Below are positions 9,429 through 20,465 of a stretch of 64,000 nt of DNA, in pieces (position 1 is the first letter of the stretch; every line of letters begins with the position of its first letter). The notes beneath the pieces are model-generated. The model saw nothing but the letters and a program-made list of their open reading frames with translations, ran no database searches and was not told the DNA's origin. A program made the translations under genes and the position numbers. Source of the DNA: an uncultured Poribacteria bacterium (GTDB lineage Bacteria > Poribacteria > WGA-4E > WGA-3G). Location: assembly GCA_951813565.1 (NCBI GenBank), contig OX638351.1, forward strand, positions 4,768,001-4,832,000. Direction: 5' to 3'.

Positions 9429-11045
9429 ATGCCTACACTTGAATTCAACGGAAAACACCATATTTATACCTACCACCTCACTGTTCCCTACCGCCCACTT
9501 GAAAAAGACGAAAGCCGCTCCTGCAACGCGACCAGTGAAAACGATAACCTAATTATTCACGGTGACAACCTGCATGCCTTAAAAGCATTGTTGCCTCGCT
9601 ATGTGAACCGAATCAAGTGTATTTATATTGATCCACCCTACAACACGGGCAACGAAGGATGGGTTTACAACGACAACGTAAACAGTCCGTTGATGCAGGA
9701 ATGGCTAAAAGAAAATGGACCAGTTGATGAAGAAGACCTTGAGAAACATGAAAAGTGGCTCTGTATGATGTGGCCAAGGTTGCACCTGCTCAAAGAACTC
9801 CTTGCCGAAGATGGCGTAATTTTTATTTCTATTGATGATAACGAACAACACCGCTTGCGGATGTTGATGGATGATATTTTCGGAGGACAAAACTTCGTCA
9901 CAAACATAATTTGGCAGAAAAAATTTAGTCCGCAAAATGACGCAAAATATTTTTCGGATAATCACGATTTTGTGGTATGTTACGCAAAGAATAAAGAGAC
10001 ATGGAGGCCGGTTTTACTGCCGCGAACCGAAAAACATAACAAGCGATATTCTAATCCCGACAATGATCCCCGAGGACCTTGGAGTTCAAGCGGATTAGAT
10101 GTTAAAACCTATCAAGAAGAATACGACTACCCAATCACTACTCCATCAGGACGAATTGTTAATCCTCCGACAAGTAGATGTTGGAGGTGTAGTAAAGAGA
10201 AATTTGATGAACTAATTAATGACAATCGGATATGGTTTGGTGAAGAAGGCAATAATGTTCCTCGCGTAAAGCGGTTTCTATCAGAAGTTAAGCAAGGTAT
10301 CACACCTCTAACTGTATGGCTACATGAAGATGTTGGACATACTCAGAGTGCAACGCAGGGACTTAACAAGATCGGTGTTGCATTTTCAAACCCTAAACCG
10401 CATACACTGATAAAACGCATCTTACAAATCGGTACTGATCCCGATTCTATTATCCTTGACTCTTTTGCAGGCAGCGGTACTACCGCCCACGCTGTACTTG
10501 CCTTAAATAAGGAAGATGGTGGCAACCGCAAATTTATCCTCATTGAGTGTGAAGATTATGCCGACACTACCACTGCAGAACGGATTCGGCGCGTTATTAA
10601 GGGTGTTCCCGATGCAAGTGATGATGGACTGCGTGAAGGTTTAGGAGGATCTTTTACCTACTGTACCTTGGGTGAATCGCTTGAAATTGAGGCGATGCTT
10701 ACCGGAAAGAAGTTACCAACATACACAACACTTGCTACTAATCTGTTGTTTACTTCTGCAGGTATTTCTATTGAGGATAATACGTTGGATCAGAAAAATG
10801 ATGACGGACTTTTTTACAGTGATGACAAAAACGATTACTATCTGATTTACAAACAAGACTTTGATTATTTACGTAGCAACGAAGCAATCCTAAATCTGGA
10901 GCATGCCAAACGTATCCAAGATTCCAGTACCGAAAACGGCAAAAAAGCGATTGTCTACGCGGCAGGAAATTATATCGGACAGCGCGAACTTACAAAGATG
11001 GGAATTGCATTTTGCCAACTACCATATTGCATACATGAAAGATAA
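9429..11045 (+). CDS. mod: Type III restriction-modification methyltransferase (Mod)
   Basis: IYIDPPYNTG and DSFAGSGTT in beta-class order; adjacent res gene. Confidence 0.9.
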   Translation: MPTLEFNGKHHIYTYHLTVPYRPLEKDESRSCNATSENDNLIIHGDNLHALKALLPRYVNRIKCIYIDPPYNTGNEGWVYNDNVNSPLMQEWLKENGPVDEEDLEKHEKWLCMMWPRLHLLKELLAEDGVIFISIDDNEQHRLRMLMDDIFGGQNFVTNIIWQKKFSPQNDAKYFSDNHDFVVCYAKNKETWRPVLLPRTEKHNKRYSNPDNDPRGPWSSSGLDVKTYQEEYDYPITTPSGRIVNPPTSRCWRCSKEKFDELINDNRIWFGEEGNNVPRVKRFLSEVKQGITPLTVWLHEDVGHTQSATQGLNKIGVAFSNPKPHTLIKRILQIGTDPDSIILDSFAGSGTTAHAVLALNKEDGGNRKFILIECEDYADTTTAERIRRVIKGVPDASDDGLREGLGGSFTYCTLGESLEIEAMLTGKKLPTYTTLATNLLFTSAGISIEDNTLDQKNDDGLFYSDDKNDYYLIYKQDFDYLRSNEAILNLEHAKRIQDSSTENGKKAIVYAAGNYIGQRELTKMGIAFCQLPYCIHER

Positions 11046-11054
11046 GGGGGAAAG

Positions 11055-13640
11055 ATGCTGGAATTAAAAACATATCAGCGCGATACACTCGACGCATTTA
11101 GCAACTGGTTAGAGGTGCTTAATGAGGAGCGGCAAGCTTCAAAAACTACAATTGAACATTTGGAACAAGCGGGGAGTAGTATTAGTGACGATGTTCTCAA
11201 TGAAATAGGTAATTATCCCAAAACTGCGTGGCGGAAATTGAAAGAAAACGATGGCGTTGCAGCAACTGCAGGTGAATACGTTGATCGTAAGGATGGCGCA
11301 AACCGACCAATTCCGCACATCTGTTTTAAAGTGCCGACAGGTGGCGGTAAAACGTTGCTTGCTGCATCTGCATTAGAACAACTGCATCGGCAGCGAGGAC
11401 TGACATTATGGGTTGTGCCAACAAAGGCTATCTTTGATCAAACAAAAGCTGCATTGTGGAACAAAGAACACCCCTATCGTAAAGTTTTGGAACGTGCAAG
11501 TGCTGGGCGCGTCAAGATGCTGGAAAGAGAACATCCATTTAACAGAGATGACATTACTAATTACCTTTGTGTCATGCTACTCATGTTGCCAGCAGCGAAT
11601 AAATCGCCTGATAAAAAACTGAAAGACAAAGCGTACTACCGCATGTATAGAAATTCGGGGCGTTACGCGAGTTTTTTCCCTGACCATGACGACAAAGAAG
11701 GCAATGCACTTATGCGAAAGAAATACTGCGATCTTGATTATAACGCTGAAAATGACTTTCCTATGCAAAGTCTCTTTAACGTAATCAAGTTACTGCGTCC
11801 TGTAGTTGTTCTTGACGAGGCACATAAGGCTTATGGCACTAAAAATGGACAGGAATTTGCAAGTTCTATTAACCGCCTTGACCCGCAAATGGTTATTGAA
11901 CTCTCTGCTACACCGAACAGCGGCATTAGCAATTTGCTTGTTGATATTGCAGGCCCCGATCTCAAAAAAGAGGAAATGATTAAGTCGCCTGTACAAGTAT
12001 CCTCATTTTCAGGTATGACGTGGCAAAATACGTTGAGCGAGGCTTCCAAGGAACTTGAAAGGCTTGATGAGGAGGCAAGTTTGCTTGAAAGCAGTACGGA
12101 TCGATATATCCGTCCGATCGCTGTTGTGCGCGTTGAGGTAACGGGTGCGAATCTGCAAGATGGCAAGCGAATCCATGCCGAAGATGTTCGAGATTACCTT
12201 ACACAAAACTTAAATGTGCAACCAGAGGCTGTCCGCGTTAAATCTGCTTATAATGATCAACTCCGTGGGGAAAACTTACTATCCAAGGAATCACAGGTAA
12301 AATGGATAATTACAAAATCTGCTTTGATGGAAGGATGGGACTGTTCGTTTGCATATCTGTTAGTGATGTTAGACAATACACGGTCGCAAAATGCAATTAC
12401 GCAACTCATAGGAAGAGTAATGCGGCAACCACATGCGCAACTTACGGGTAGAGAATCACTTGATCAATGTTATGTTTTTTGCAATGAGACCGATGTTGAT
12501 GACGCTGTCAAGCAAGTTAAGAGAGGGTTAGAATCACAAGGACTTACTGGCATGGAAGATAAAATATTTGCTAAGGGTAATACCCAGGATCAAGCAGATT
12601 TCAAAATAGAAAAGATACGCCGTCGCGAGCAATTTCGTGGGCAAGAGATTTATTTGCCAGTGGTACGCCATAAGGACGGTGACGAATGGATTCAACTCAA
12701 TTATCAGGCACATATTTTGCCACATATAGATTGGCTTAGTATTAAACCACCCGATCTGAATGCGTCATCACCCGACGGACCAAGATTGCGAACAGCAACA
12801 GTTCCTATTGACGATGTGCCGCCTGTTTTCCATGAAGATCAAGAGCCTTATGTTGAAAAACAGGTTAGTGTTGCCGATTTTGCTCTCAGTTTGATTGACA
12901 TTGTATCAAATCCATGGCAAGCTGGTCGCATTGCAGAAGAATTGGTAGAAGGTCTAAAAAGAAGTGGAGATACTGATGAAAAAATCTACGACAGACGTTC
13001 ATATCTCATTCCTATGTTACATGAACACGTGGCAAATGAATTAGAAAATCAAGCTGAGCAAATTTTCCAAAAAAAGTTGGATACTGGCGAAATTCAATTT
13101 GACTTAGCGGTAGGTGAACCGAATTATAAACTGCGTCAAAATTACAAAATTGAGGTACACGCCAATCAGAATTTACTTACAAAATATGGTAAACCTGTTC
13201 AACTCAGTCTGTTTGAACCTATGTATGAATATCCTTCAGATAACGAATTAGAAAAGAAATTTGCACATTTTCTTGATGGTGAGAAAGCACTGCAATGGTG
13301 GCATCGGGTAATAGCACGTCAACAAGGTGAATATTACGTGCAAGGTTGGAAAGATAGACGCATTTACCCAGACTTCGTTGCGATGGCGAAGGAAGTTGAT
13401 GACATGACGCGTGTTCTGATTTTTGAGACAAAAGGAACACATTTGGAAGGTAACCGTGACACAGAGTACAAGGAAAAGGTATTGAAAGTCCTTGAAGAAG
13501 TGTTTAATAGCTCAGGTACTACAGGAATGTGTGAAAAAAGGACACATTCAGGGATCTTTCAATTAGTTTTTGATAATGATCCGCAGTTTTCAGCAATACG
13601 TGCTCGATTGAATGAAGGTGCATATTCTACGGAAAATTAG
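11055..13640 (+). CDS. res: Type III restriction endonuclease subunit (Res), SF2 helicase + PD-(D/E)xK
   Basis: VPTGGGKT, LDEAH, SATP, EGWD, QLIGRVMR, YPDF...FETKG. Confidence 0.88.
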   Translation: MLELKTYQRDTLDAFSNWLEVLNEERQASKTTIEHLEQAGSSISDDVLNEIGNYPKTAWRKLKENDGVAATAGEYVDRKDGANRPIPHICFKVPTGGGKTLLAASALEQLHRQRGLTLWVVPTKAIFDQTKAALWNKEHPYRKVLERASAGRVKMLEREHPFNRDDITNYLCVMLLMLPAANKSPDKKLKDKAYYRMYRNSGRYASFFPDHDDKEGNALMRKKYCDLDYNAENDFPMQSLFNVIKLLRPVVVLDEAHKAYGTKNGQEFASSINRLDPQMVIELSATPNSGISNLLVDIAGPDLKKEEMIKSPVQVSSFSGMTWQNTLSEASKELERLDEEASLLESSTDRYIRPIAVVRVEVTGANLQDGKRIHAEDVRDYLTQNLNVQPEAVRVKSAYNDQLRGENLLSKESQVKWIITKSALMEGWDCSFAYLLVMLDNTRSQNAITQLIGRVMRQPHAQLTGRESLDQCYVFCNETDVDDAVKQVKRGLESQGLTGMEDKIFAKGNTQDQADFKIEKIRRREQFRGQEIYLPVVRHKDGDEWIQLNYQAHILPHIDWLSIKPPDLNASSPDGPRLRTATVPIDDVPPVFHEDQEPYVEKQVSVADFALSLIDIVSNPWQAGRIAEELVEGLKRSGDTDEKIYDRRSYLIPMLHEHVANELENQAEQIFQKKLDTGEIQFDLAVGEPNYKLRQNYKIEVHANQNLLTKYGKPVQLSLFEPMYEYPSDNELEKKFAHFLDGEKALQWWHRVIARQQGEYYVQGWKDRRIYPDFVAMAKEVDDMTRVLIFETKGTHLEGNRDTEYKEKVLKVLEEVFNSSGTTGMCEKRTHSGIFQLVFDNDPQFSAIRARLNEGAYSTEN

Positions 13641-13827
13641 CATCGTAAGGCACGAAATCAACGAGTCGATTCACACCTACCAATATCCTCCCAAAATTGA
13701 CATTTTTTATCGGGTATGTTAGTATTCTGTTTATTAGGCGTGAAAGCTGGAGCCAATCACCTAACGACTCATAATTGAACAAAATTATCAGATTTGATAG
13801 AGAATTATATTATAAGGAGTGATTACG

Positions 13828-14592
13828 ATGAAAGTATTGATATTCGTTATGTCATTTACCTTTCTCTTGGCGTGGATGACTATAGGTGTTACCGCTGAAG
13901 AAGCTGCATTAGTGGCTTACTATTCGTTTGACGGTAATTCTGATGATACTTCTGGAAATGGAAACAACGGTGTAATTAAAGGTGATTCTAAGTGGGATAA
14001 AGGTAAATTTGGAGACGCAATCCATCTGAATGTAGGGGCGCACGTTGAGATGCAGGCATCCGATACACTACATGGTGACCTCTTTAAAAGTGATCCTTTT
14101 ACAATCTCTGTCTGGATCAATCCAACCTTTGAAGGCGGTGCATGGCAACAGATTTGGCGGAGTTTACCCGGTGCTTCCGGACATAACACCTTCTTTGTCA
14201 ATAAAGATCAAGGCTTACTGTCTTGGCGAGGACAGGTCGGCGGATGGACAATCCTGTGTCAAACAGATGGAGGTGTGGTCAAAAAGAGTGAGTGGACTCA
14301 TGTGGTTGTTCAAAGCGATGGTAAGAATTTCAGAATTTATGTAAATGGTGAGATGGCTAAAGAAACGGAATTCCAAGAAACCAGAGGTGCTAATGCAATT
14401 TATCGGCTTGGTGGAGAAGGTGGTGAAGGTTATGGCGGTGCAATAGATGATGCCGCTGTCTATTCCCGTGCTTTAGACGAAGATGAGATCACCGCTTTGG
14501 GTAAAGGACTTGATGAGTTTTTACCTGTTGAACCTCAAGGCAAGCTTACTACGAAATGGGCATACATTAAACGTTCAGGGTTTTCGCGATAG
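13828..14592 (+). CDS. Secreted LamG/concanavalin-like domain protein
   Basis: LVAYYSFDG, GKFG, WTHV, IYVNG, IDD..VYSRAL; C-terminal VEPQGKLTTKWAYIK. Confidence 0.88.
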   Translation: MKVLIFVMSFTFLLAWMTIGVTAEEAALVAYYSFDGNSDDTSGNGNNGVIKGDSKWDKGKFGDAIHLNVGAHVEMQASDTLHGDLFKSDPFTISVWINPTFEGGAWQQIWRSLPGASGHNTFFVNKDQGLLSWRGQVGGWTILCQTDGGVVKKSEWTHVVVQSDGKNFRIYVNGEMAKETEFQETRGANAIYRLGGEGGEGYGGAIDDAAVYSRALDEDEITALGKGLDEFLPVEPQGKLTTKWAYIKRSGFSR

Positions 14593-14684
14593 AAACGTTT
14601 ATCCTTACGTTATAACGTATTGCGCGGTAGAAATCGATGGATGTCGTCCTTCCCTCTGTTAAAGTAAGTAAAACGCAATTAAAG

Positions 14685-14713
14685 TTGACAAATCATGTCT
14701 TGAATAGTATCAT
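14685..14713 (+). promoter_or_regulatory. Sigma70-type promoter of accD
   Basis: TTGACA-17 nt-TATCAT. Confidence 0.6.
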
Positions 14714-14755
14714 TTAAAGGGTATAAGTTGCGATTTACATCAGTAGAGGAATAGA

Positions 14756-15529
14756 ATGGACGACACTCCAAAAACCGTTGTCTGCAGAAATTGCAACGCA
14801 GACATCAAAATAAAAGCATTAATTGATAACCTCAAGGTTTGCCCCGCTTGCAATGTGCATTATCCGATGAGTGCTCAGGAACGGCTTGATCTGCTTGTGG
14901 ATGCCGACAGTTTTCAAGAAACCGATACGAATCTTTACTCAATTGATGCACTGGAATTTCCAGAGTATCCAGACAAACTTGAACGCGACATCGCAAAAAC
15001 AGGACTCCGCTCGGAGATGCTCTCTGGGACAGCAGAAATCGGTGGTTATCCGGTAGCAATCGCAATCGGAGATGTTGGGTTTATCGGTGGCACGTGCGGT
15101 GCTGTCATTGGTGAGAAGGTCACTCGATGTATTGAACGTGCTGGTCAAAACCAATTGCCACTCGTCATCGTATCTGTGAGCGGTGGGATGCGGATGCAGG
15201 AAGGCACTTTAGCGTTAATGCAGATGGCAAAAACCGCCGCCGCTTGCACTCAATATGCCCAAAAAGGTGGGTTCTATATATCAGTTGTCACGGATCCAAC
15301 GTTTGGTGGTGCGACAGCGAGTTATACCTCTCTTGGTGATGTAATTATTGCCGAACCCGGTGCGCGTATCGGCTTTGCTGGTCCCCTTGCTGTTGCGAGT
15401 TTACAGGAAGAACTGCCCGAAAATTTCCAGAAAGCAGAATCCTTGGTTGCGCATGGGTTCATTGACCATATTGTTCATCGTACAGGCATGCGGCAGTTAC
15501 TGACCGATCTCATCTCATTCGTCTACTAA
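14756..15529 (+). CDS. accD: Acetyl-CoA carboxylase carboxyltransferase beta subunit
   Basis: N-terminal C4 zinc finger, SGGMRMQEG, LMQMAKT, DPTFGG, AEPGARIGFAG. Confidence 0.9.
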   Translation: MDDTPKTVVCRNCNADIKIKALIDNLKVCPACNVHYPMSAQERLDLLVDADSFQETDTNLYSIDALEFPEYPDKLERDIAKTGLRSEMLSGTAEIGGYPVAIAIGDVGFIGGTCGAVIGEKVTRCIERAGQNQLPLVIVSVSGGMRMQEGTLALMQMAKTAAACTQYAQKGGFYISVVTDPTFGGATASYTSLGDVIIAEPGARIGFAGPLAVASLQEELPENFQKAESLVAHGFIDHIVHRTGMRQLLTDLISFVY

Positions 15530-15602
15530 TACACTTCGCATCTCTTACTAATACCAAATTAACCGGATTTATGTTATTTTATAAGTACTTAGGTGCGCTT
15601 AG

Positions 15603-15717
15603 ATAAAGTTTAAGAAAATGAATCGGTAATTTTGCGAGGTTAGGAAACCTCGCCAGCAGAGGTGGACACATGGCTTGTGCAGACAGGAAATTACCGAATT
15701 AAAAAATTAATCTTCAT
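15603..15717. mobile_element. 115-bp MITE inserted in a REP-like palindrome
   Basis: Near-identical to 34753-34867; splits TAGGTGCGCTT...AAGCGCGCCTA. Confidence 0.8.
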
Positions 15718-15960
15718 GAAAGCGCGCCTACCGAGTGAGATTAAGTTAACACCGACACAATGCAAAACAGGTATGAATTGGCGAATCTCACCTTTTTCTG
15801 TCACTTTATCGGATTTTAGACGTTTTAAATAAAAGCAATCATAATGCATAGACCTTTGCAGAATAGTGAAATATGCATAACATTTTAGGTAGTGTCCGAC
15901 TGTCTACTCACTTTCACATCCAAAACGCATTTATAATATAAAGAACACTCGGAGTAGAAA

Positions 15961-18243
15961 ATGCCGAAATCATTAGTTGTTGTTGAATCACCAGCGAAAG
16001 CGAAAACTATCGAAAAAATATTGGGAAAAGACTATATCGTCGACTCGTCTGTTGGACATATCCGCGACCTGCCGAAAAACGGACTTGGGGTTGATGTTGA
16101 GAACAATTTTAAGCCGAAATATGTGTTGATTCGTGGAAAAGGTCCCGTTGTTAAAGCAATTCAAGAAAAGGCAAAAAAAGTCGATTGTATCTATCTTGCC
16201 GCAGACCCTGATAGGGAAGGTGAAGCGATCTGCTGGCATCTTGCGACCGAATTAAAGAAGACAAAGAAACCTATCTATCGCATTATTTACAACGAAGTGA
16301 CACAAACTGCGATTTTAGAAGCAATTCAAAATCCTGGCACGATTGACCAAGCACTTGTTGATGCACAACAGGCGCGGCGTGTTTTAGACAGACTGATCGG
16401 ATATAAGATTAGTCCGATTTTGTGGAGCAGTGTTAAACCCCGTCTGAGTGCAGGTAGAGTGCAATCCGTTGCTGTACGGCTTATTTGTGAACGTGAAGCA
16501 GAGATTGAGGCATTTAAACCGGAAGAGTATTGGACGCTTACTGCTACACTAACACCAACAGAAAAGGAAAATCTCTTTCTCGCCAAATTACATAAGGTTG
16601 GCACAAAAAAGGGTGAGATTAATAATTACGGATTCCGTATTGATCAAGCACGCGCAAAAGAATTAGAAGCAGACGCAAAGGAACAGACCTACGTTGTTGA
16701 GAAGGTACAAAAACGGGAACGAAAACAGAGACCTGTTCCACCATTTATCACAAGCACGTTACAACAGGAAGCATCTCGGAAACTTCGGTTTACTGCTAAA
16801 CGGACAATGATGATTGCGCAGCAGCTTTACGAGGGACTGACAATTGGAAATGAAGGGTCTGTTGGTCTCATTACCTACATGCGTACCGATTCAACCCGTG
16901 TTGCGCAGGATGCTCTTAGTGCAGTACGAAAATATATTGATACAATCTACGGTGCCGAATACCTCCCTGGCCGTGCTGTTAATTATAGAAGTAAAAGTGG
17001 GGCACAAGACGCACACGAGGCGATTCGACCAACATTGCAACTGCGCCCCCCTGAATCTTTGAAACCACATTTGAGCAATGACCAATATCGTCTTTATGAA
17101 CTGATTTGGAAGCGGTTTATCGCGAGTCAGATGAATCCCACTATCCTTGACTCTACGACAATTGACATCAAAGCAGGACGTTATCTTTTCCGTGCCACCG
17201 GTTCCGTTATTAAGTTTGATGGCTTCAGGCGTATTTATATGGAAGGTCAAGACGATGTTACTTCTGATGAAAACAGTGCAGGCGAAGAAAACATTATTTT
17301 ACCGGACGTTAAAGAAGGCGAAACGCTTGATTTACGTAAGTTAGAACCCAAACAACACTTTACACAACCACCACCCCGTTATAACGAAGCAACGCTTGTC
17401 AAGGCGTTGGAGGCGAAAGAGATTGGCAGACCGAGCACCTACGCTACAATTCTTTCTACAATCCAAGACCCAGACCGCGGGTATGTAATAAAGGAACAGC
17501 GCAGACTTCTCCCCACAGATGTAGGGAGACTCGTTAATGAACTTCTAATTCACGGATTTCCGGATATTGTTGACGTTGAATTTACGAAGGAGATGGAGCA
17601 AAAACTTGATACTATCGCCGAAGGAGAGGTAGATTGGGTTGACACTCTCGGTGAATTTTATCCATCGTTCCAAGAAGCATTGGAAGAGGCACCTGATAAG
17701 ATGTATGAGGCGCGAAAAGCGATGGAAACCGAATCGGGTGAGCAGTGCGACAAGTGCGGCGGAAATATGATTATCAAATGGGGTAGATATGGACGTTTTC
17801 TCGGATGTTCCAACTATCCTGAATGCGAAAATATCAAGGCTTTGAATGGCGATGAAACCGCCGCTGCTGAACCGGAAGAAACCGATACGCTCTGCGAAAA
17901 GTGTGGTGAACCGATGGTTATTAAACAGAGTCGTGCAGGTGCGCGTTTCTTGGCATGTAGCGGTTATCCGAAGTGTAAGAATGCAAAACCTGTCCCGATG
18001 GGGGTTGATTGTCCAGAGGCTGAGTGTGACGGTTACTTAGGTGAACGTCGTAGTAAGCGTGGAAAAGTATTTTACGGGTGTAGCAACTATCCAACATGCG
18101 GATTTGCAAGTTGGAACAAACCGATCGCTGAGTCGTGTCCAAAATGTGACGCTTCCTATATCGTAGAGAAAGTGCAAAAAACAGGTGAAACTCTGCACGC
18201 CTGCGCTGCAAAAGAGTGTGACTATACCAAAACACTTGAGTAG
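15961..18243 (+). CDS. topA: DNA topoisomerase I
   Basis: VVESPAKAKTI, DPDREGEAI, SAGRVQS, GLITYMRTDS, C-terminal zinc ribbons. Confidence 0.97.
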   Translation: MPKSLVVVESPAKAKTIEKILGKDYIVDSSVGHIRDLPKNGLGVDVENNFKPKYVLIRGKGPVVKAIQEKAKKVDCIYLAADPDREGEAICWHLATELKKTKKPIYRIIYNEVTQTAILEAIQNPGTIDQALVDAQQARRVLDRLIGYKISPILWSSVKPRLSAGRVQSVAVRLICEREAEIEAFKPEEYWTLTATLTPTEKENLFLAKLHKVGTKKGEINNYGFRIDQARAKELEADAKEQTYVVEKVQKRERKQRPVPPFITSTLQQEASRKLRFTAKRTMMIAQQLYEGLTIGNEGSVGLITYMRTDSTRVAQDALSAVRKYIDTIYGAEYLPGRAVNYRSKSGAQDAHEAIRPTLQLRPPESLKPHLSNDQYRLYELIWKRFIASQMNPTILDSTTIDIKAGRYLFRATGSVIKFDGFRRIYMEGQDDVTSDENSAGEENIILPDVKEGETLDLRKLEPKQHFTQPPPRYNEATLVKALEAKEIGRPSTYATILSTIQDPDRGYVIKEQRRLLPTDVGRLVNELLIHGFPDIVDVEFTKEMEQKLDTIAEGEVDWVDTLGEFYPSFQEALEEAPDKMYEARKAMETESGEQCDKCGGNMIIKWGRYGRFLGCSNYPECENIKALNGDETAAAEPEETDTLCEKCGEPMVIKQSRAGARFLACSGYPKCKNAKPVPMGVDCPEAECDGYLGERRSKRGKVFYGCSNYPTCGFASWNKPIAESCPKCDASYIVEKVQKTGETLHACAAKECDYTKTLE

Positions 18244-18309
18244 CCTAATGCGTGCTGAATACGTCTCCAAGCAATGAACGATTAGCAATTGTGTAGAATG
18301 TGAGCAATT

Positions 18310-18981
18310 ATGATTCAACTGCATCAAGTCAGTTTCGCTTACCAGGACCTAAGCGTTCTTGAGAGGGCAAGTTTCCGTCTTGAACGCGGCGAATTCGGCT
18401 TCCTCGTTGGCGAAAGCGGTGCTGGTAAGACAACGCTGTTAAAACTACTCTATCGCGAATTAACGCCTACTGAGGGTTCCTTAAGTGTGCTGGGACAATC
18501 CCTTGCTGATCTTACGCCTTCAACGTTGCCATTTTTTAGACGGAAAATCGGTGTAGTCTTTCAAGACTGGAAGTTAGTTAACACTAAAACAGTTGAGCAA
18601 AATCTTGCCATTCCTCAGAAGTTAATTGGCACGAAACATAGAATATTGCATGAAAACGTAAACAACCTTTTGCACCAAATGGGGTTGGTCCACCATAAAA
18701 ATGCGTTACCTACCCAAATATCAAGTAATGAAAAACAACGGCTTGCTATTGCAAGAGCGATTATCAATAGCCCGTTGTTACTTCTCGCAGATCAATCTAC
18801 AGAGACGCTTGACCCAAAACTCGCGCTTGAAATGCTTTCGCTTTTTGACACACTCAATTTTCAAGGTGTTACAGTTTTAGTCGCTACGGCAGATCCTGAA
18901 CTTCCTGAAAGATATGTCAGCACCAAAAATGCGGCGCCAAAGCGAGTTTTTAAACTCAAGGATGGCTGTATTACAACATGA
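18310..18981 (+). CDS. ftsE: FtsE-like ABC ATPase with degenerate catalytic motifs
   Basis: GESGAGKTT, RRKIGVVFQD; followed by ftsX-like gene. Confidence 0.8.
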   Translation: MIQLHQVSFAYQDLSVLERASFRLERGEFGFLVGESGAGKTTLLKLLYRELTPTEGSLSVLGQSLADLTPSTLPFFRRKIGVVFQDWKLVNTKTVEQNLAIPQKLIGTKHRILHENVNNLLHQMGLVHHKNALPTQISSNEKQRLAIARAIINSPLLLLADQSTETLDPKLALEMLSLFDTLNFQGVTVLVATADPELPERYVSTKNAAPKRVFKLKDGCITT

Positions 18982-19041
18982 CGCTTTTGTCTGTATGAAA
19001 CTGTATCTACAAGACCAAGATAGAATAAGTTCTAATTAGAA

Positions 19042-19911
19042 ATGCGATATAAAATACAAAATGTCTTTACCCATATTGGTCGCACCGGCTTAAACAATCT
19101 CTTAAGTCTCATAGCGCTCGCTTTTTTCACGGTGTTACTGAATACGTTTCTATTTATTCATAGTTCTGTCTACAAGGAACTTGATCTTAAGGAAACGGTG
19201 CCGTCACTTATCGCTTTTGCAAACGATACAGTTGTTGAAGAAGATGCCCAAGTTTTTGCAAACCAGATTCAAAAGAAAGATCACATCCTTTACATTGACT
19301 ATATCTCTAAGGAAGAAAACTTTAACAGAGCAGAAAAACAGTTTGGTAGCTTAGGCGGCTTGATTAAAAACGGAGTTTCAGACAGCAACCCCTTCCCCGC
19401 ATCCTTAGAAATATATGTTAATCCTATAGATGGTTCACGGAAAAAGTTGGAAGAGATCGCTTTTGATATAGAATCCTATGATGAAATTGATGATGTAATA
19501 TTTACAAGGCAAGGTATACTTACGGATCTATTTCGCCAGACAAACCGGACGACAATTGCAAGTATCGCCATCGCAATTCTGATCACTCTCTTTATTATCC
19601 GCGCTGCCGTTCTTAAAACTGCTCAATCTCGTCACGAAGAAATTCAACTCTTAGACCTTATCGGTGCCACACGGGTACACCTTAGAATTCCTTTCTTTAT
19701 ACACGGTATTTTCCTCGGTCTCAGCGGCACTATCTTGGGGCTAACCTGTTTCTACCTCCTCTATTGTCTCCTTACTTTCCAACTCGGTGTGCTTGAATTC
19801 CTCCCATATTATCAACTCATCAGTATTGTTGTAGCCGGTATAATAATTGGTCTGTTCGCGGGCATATTTGCCCAACGAAAGTATTTTAAATCGTATAGAA
19901 CAAATCTGTAG
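19042..19911 (+). CDS. ftsX: FtsX-like permease
   Basis: YISKEE, NPFPASLEI, EEIQLLDLIGAT...IPF; four hydrophobic segments. Confidence 0.82.
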   Translation: MRYKIQNVFTHIGRTGLNNLLSLIALAFFTVLLNTFLFIHSSVYKELDLKETVPSLIAFANDTVVEEDAQVFANQIQKKDHILYIDYISKEENFNRAEKQFGSLGGLIKNGVSDSNPFPASLEIYVNPIDGSRKKLEEIAFDIESYDEIDDVIFTRQGILTDLFRQTNRTTIASIAIAILITLFIIRAAVLKTAQSRHEEIQLLDLIGATRVHLRIPFFIHGIFLGLSGTILGLTCFYLLYCLLTFQLGVLEFLPYYQLISIVVAGIIIGLFAGIFAQRKYFKSYRTNL

Positions 19912-19987
19912 TATGGGTAGTAAATTTGTGAAACCTCCAATGTAGGAAGACAAATAGGTATCCACCGTATAAAAATCAGTTGTTTTA

Positions 19988-20076
19988 TACCAAATTACCC
20001 TAAATCGTAGGGGCGGGTCTCTGTGCCCGCCCTTACCATCGGCAGTGAAAACAATACAATTCTCGTTAATTTGGTA
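19988..20076. mobile_element. 89-bp MITE (TACCAAATTA...TAATTTGGTA) with a GTAG-type REP hairpin
   Basis: Near-identical copy at 48102-48190. Confidence 0.85.
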
Positions 20077-20156
20077 TTAGTTCTCGGTTATCAGTAAAAC
20101 AGTCTCTTCTGAAAGATAACCGTCTTTTAATGTACTTATGTGGTAGCACACATTTA

Positions 20157-20465
20157 TAGTAAAATCCATAATTGTTTGGACACTACGAATCAACGCCTCA
20201 TGCGCCAAATCAAGAAATCAACGGTATGAATCATGGCGAATCATGTAGAATACCAAAAGCGTATTCTACCAAGCGCATTCGTCTTTAGTCATTCACCGGG
20301 TATGAATGCCCTTTGGCATTCCCCGTCCGGCATTCGTCCAAATCAACGCTGAATACACCTATGGCATTTGTCGGGTCGCTCCTATAGGAAGAGGCGCAAT
20401 GAATTGCGCGACTACAAACGCCTCTAACCTTAAGAAAATGTAGAAGGTATTTTTAGACTTTACTA
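20157..20465. mobile_element. IS630-related MITE with nested hairpin micro-elements
   Basis: TAGTAAAATCC...GACTTTACTA ends; flanked by 29-bp direct repeats. Confidence 0.75.

Noticed and set aside
9429..11045. Phase-variable mod (phasevarion)
   Set aside because: No simple sequence repeat tract seen in or before the gene
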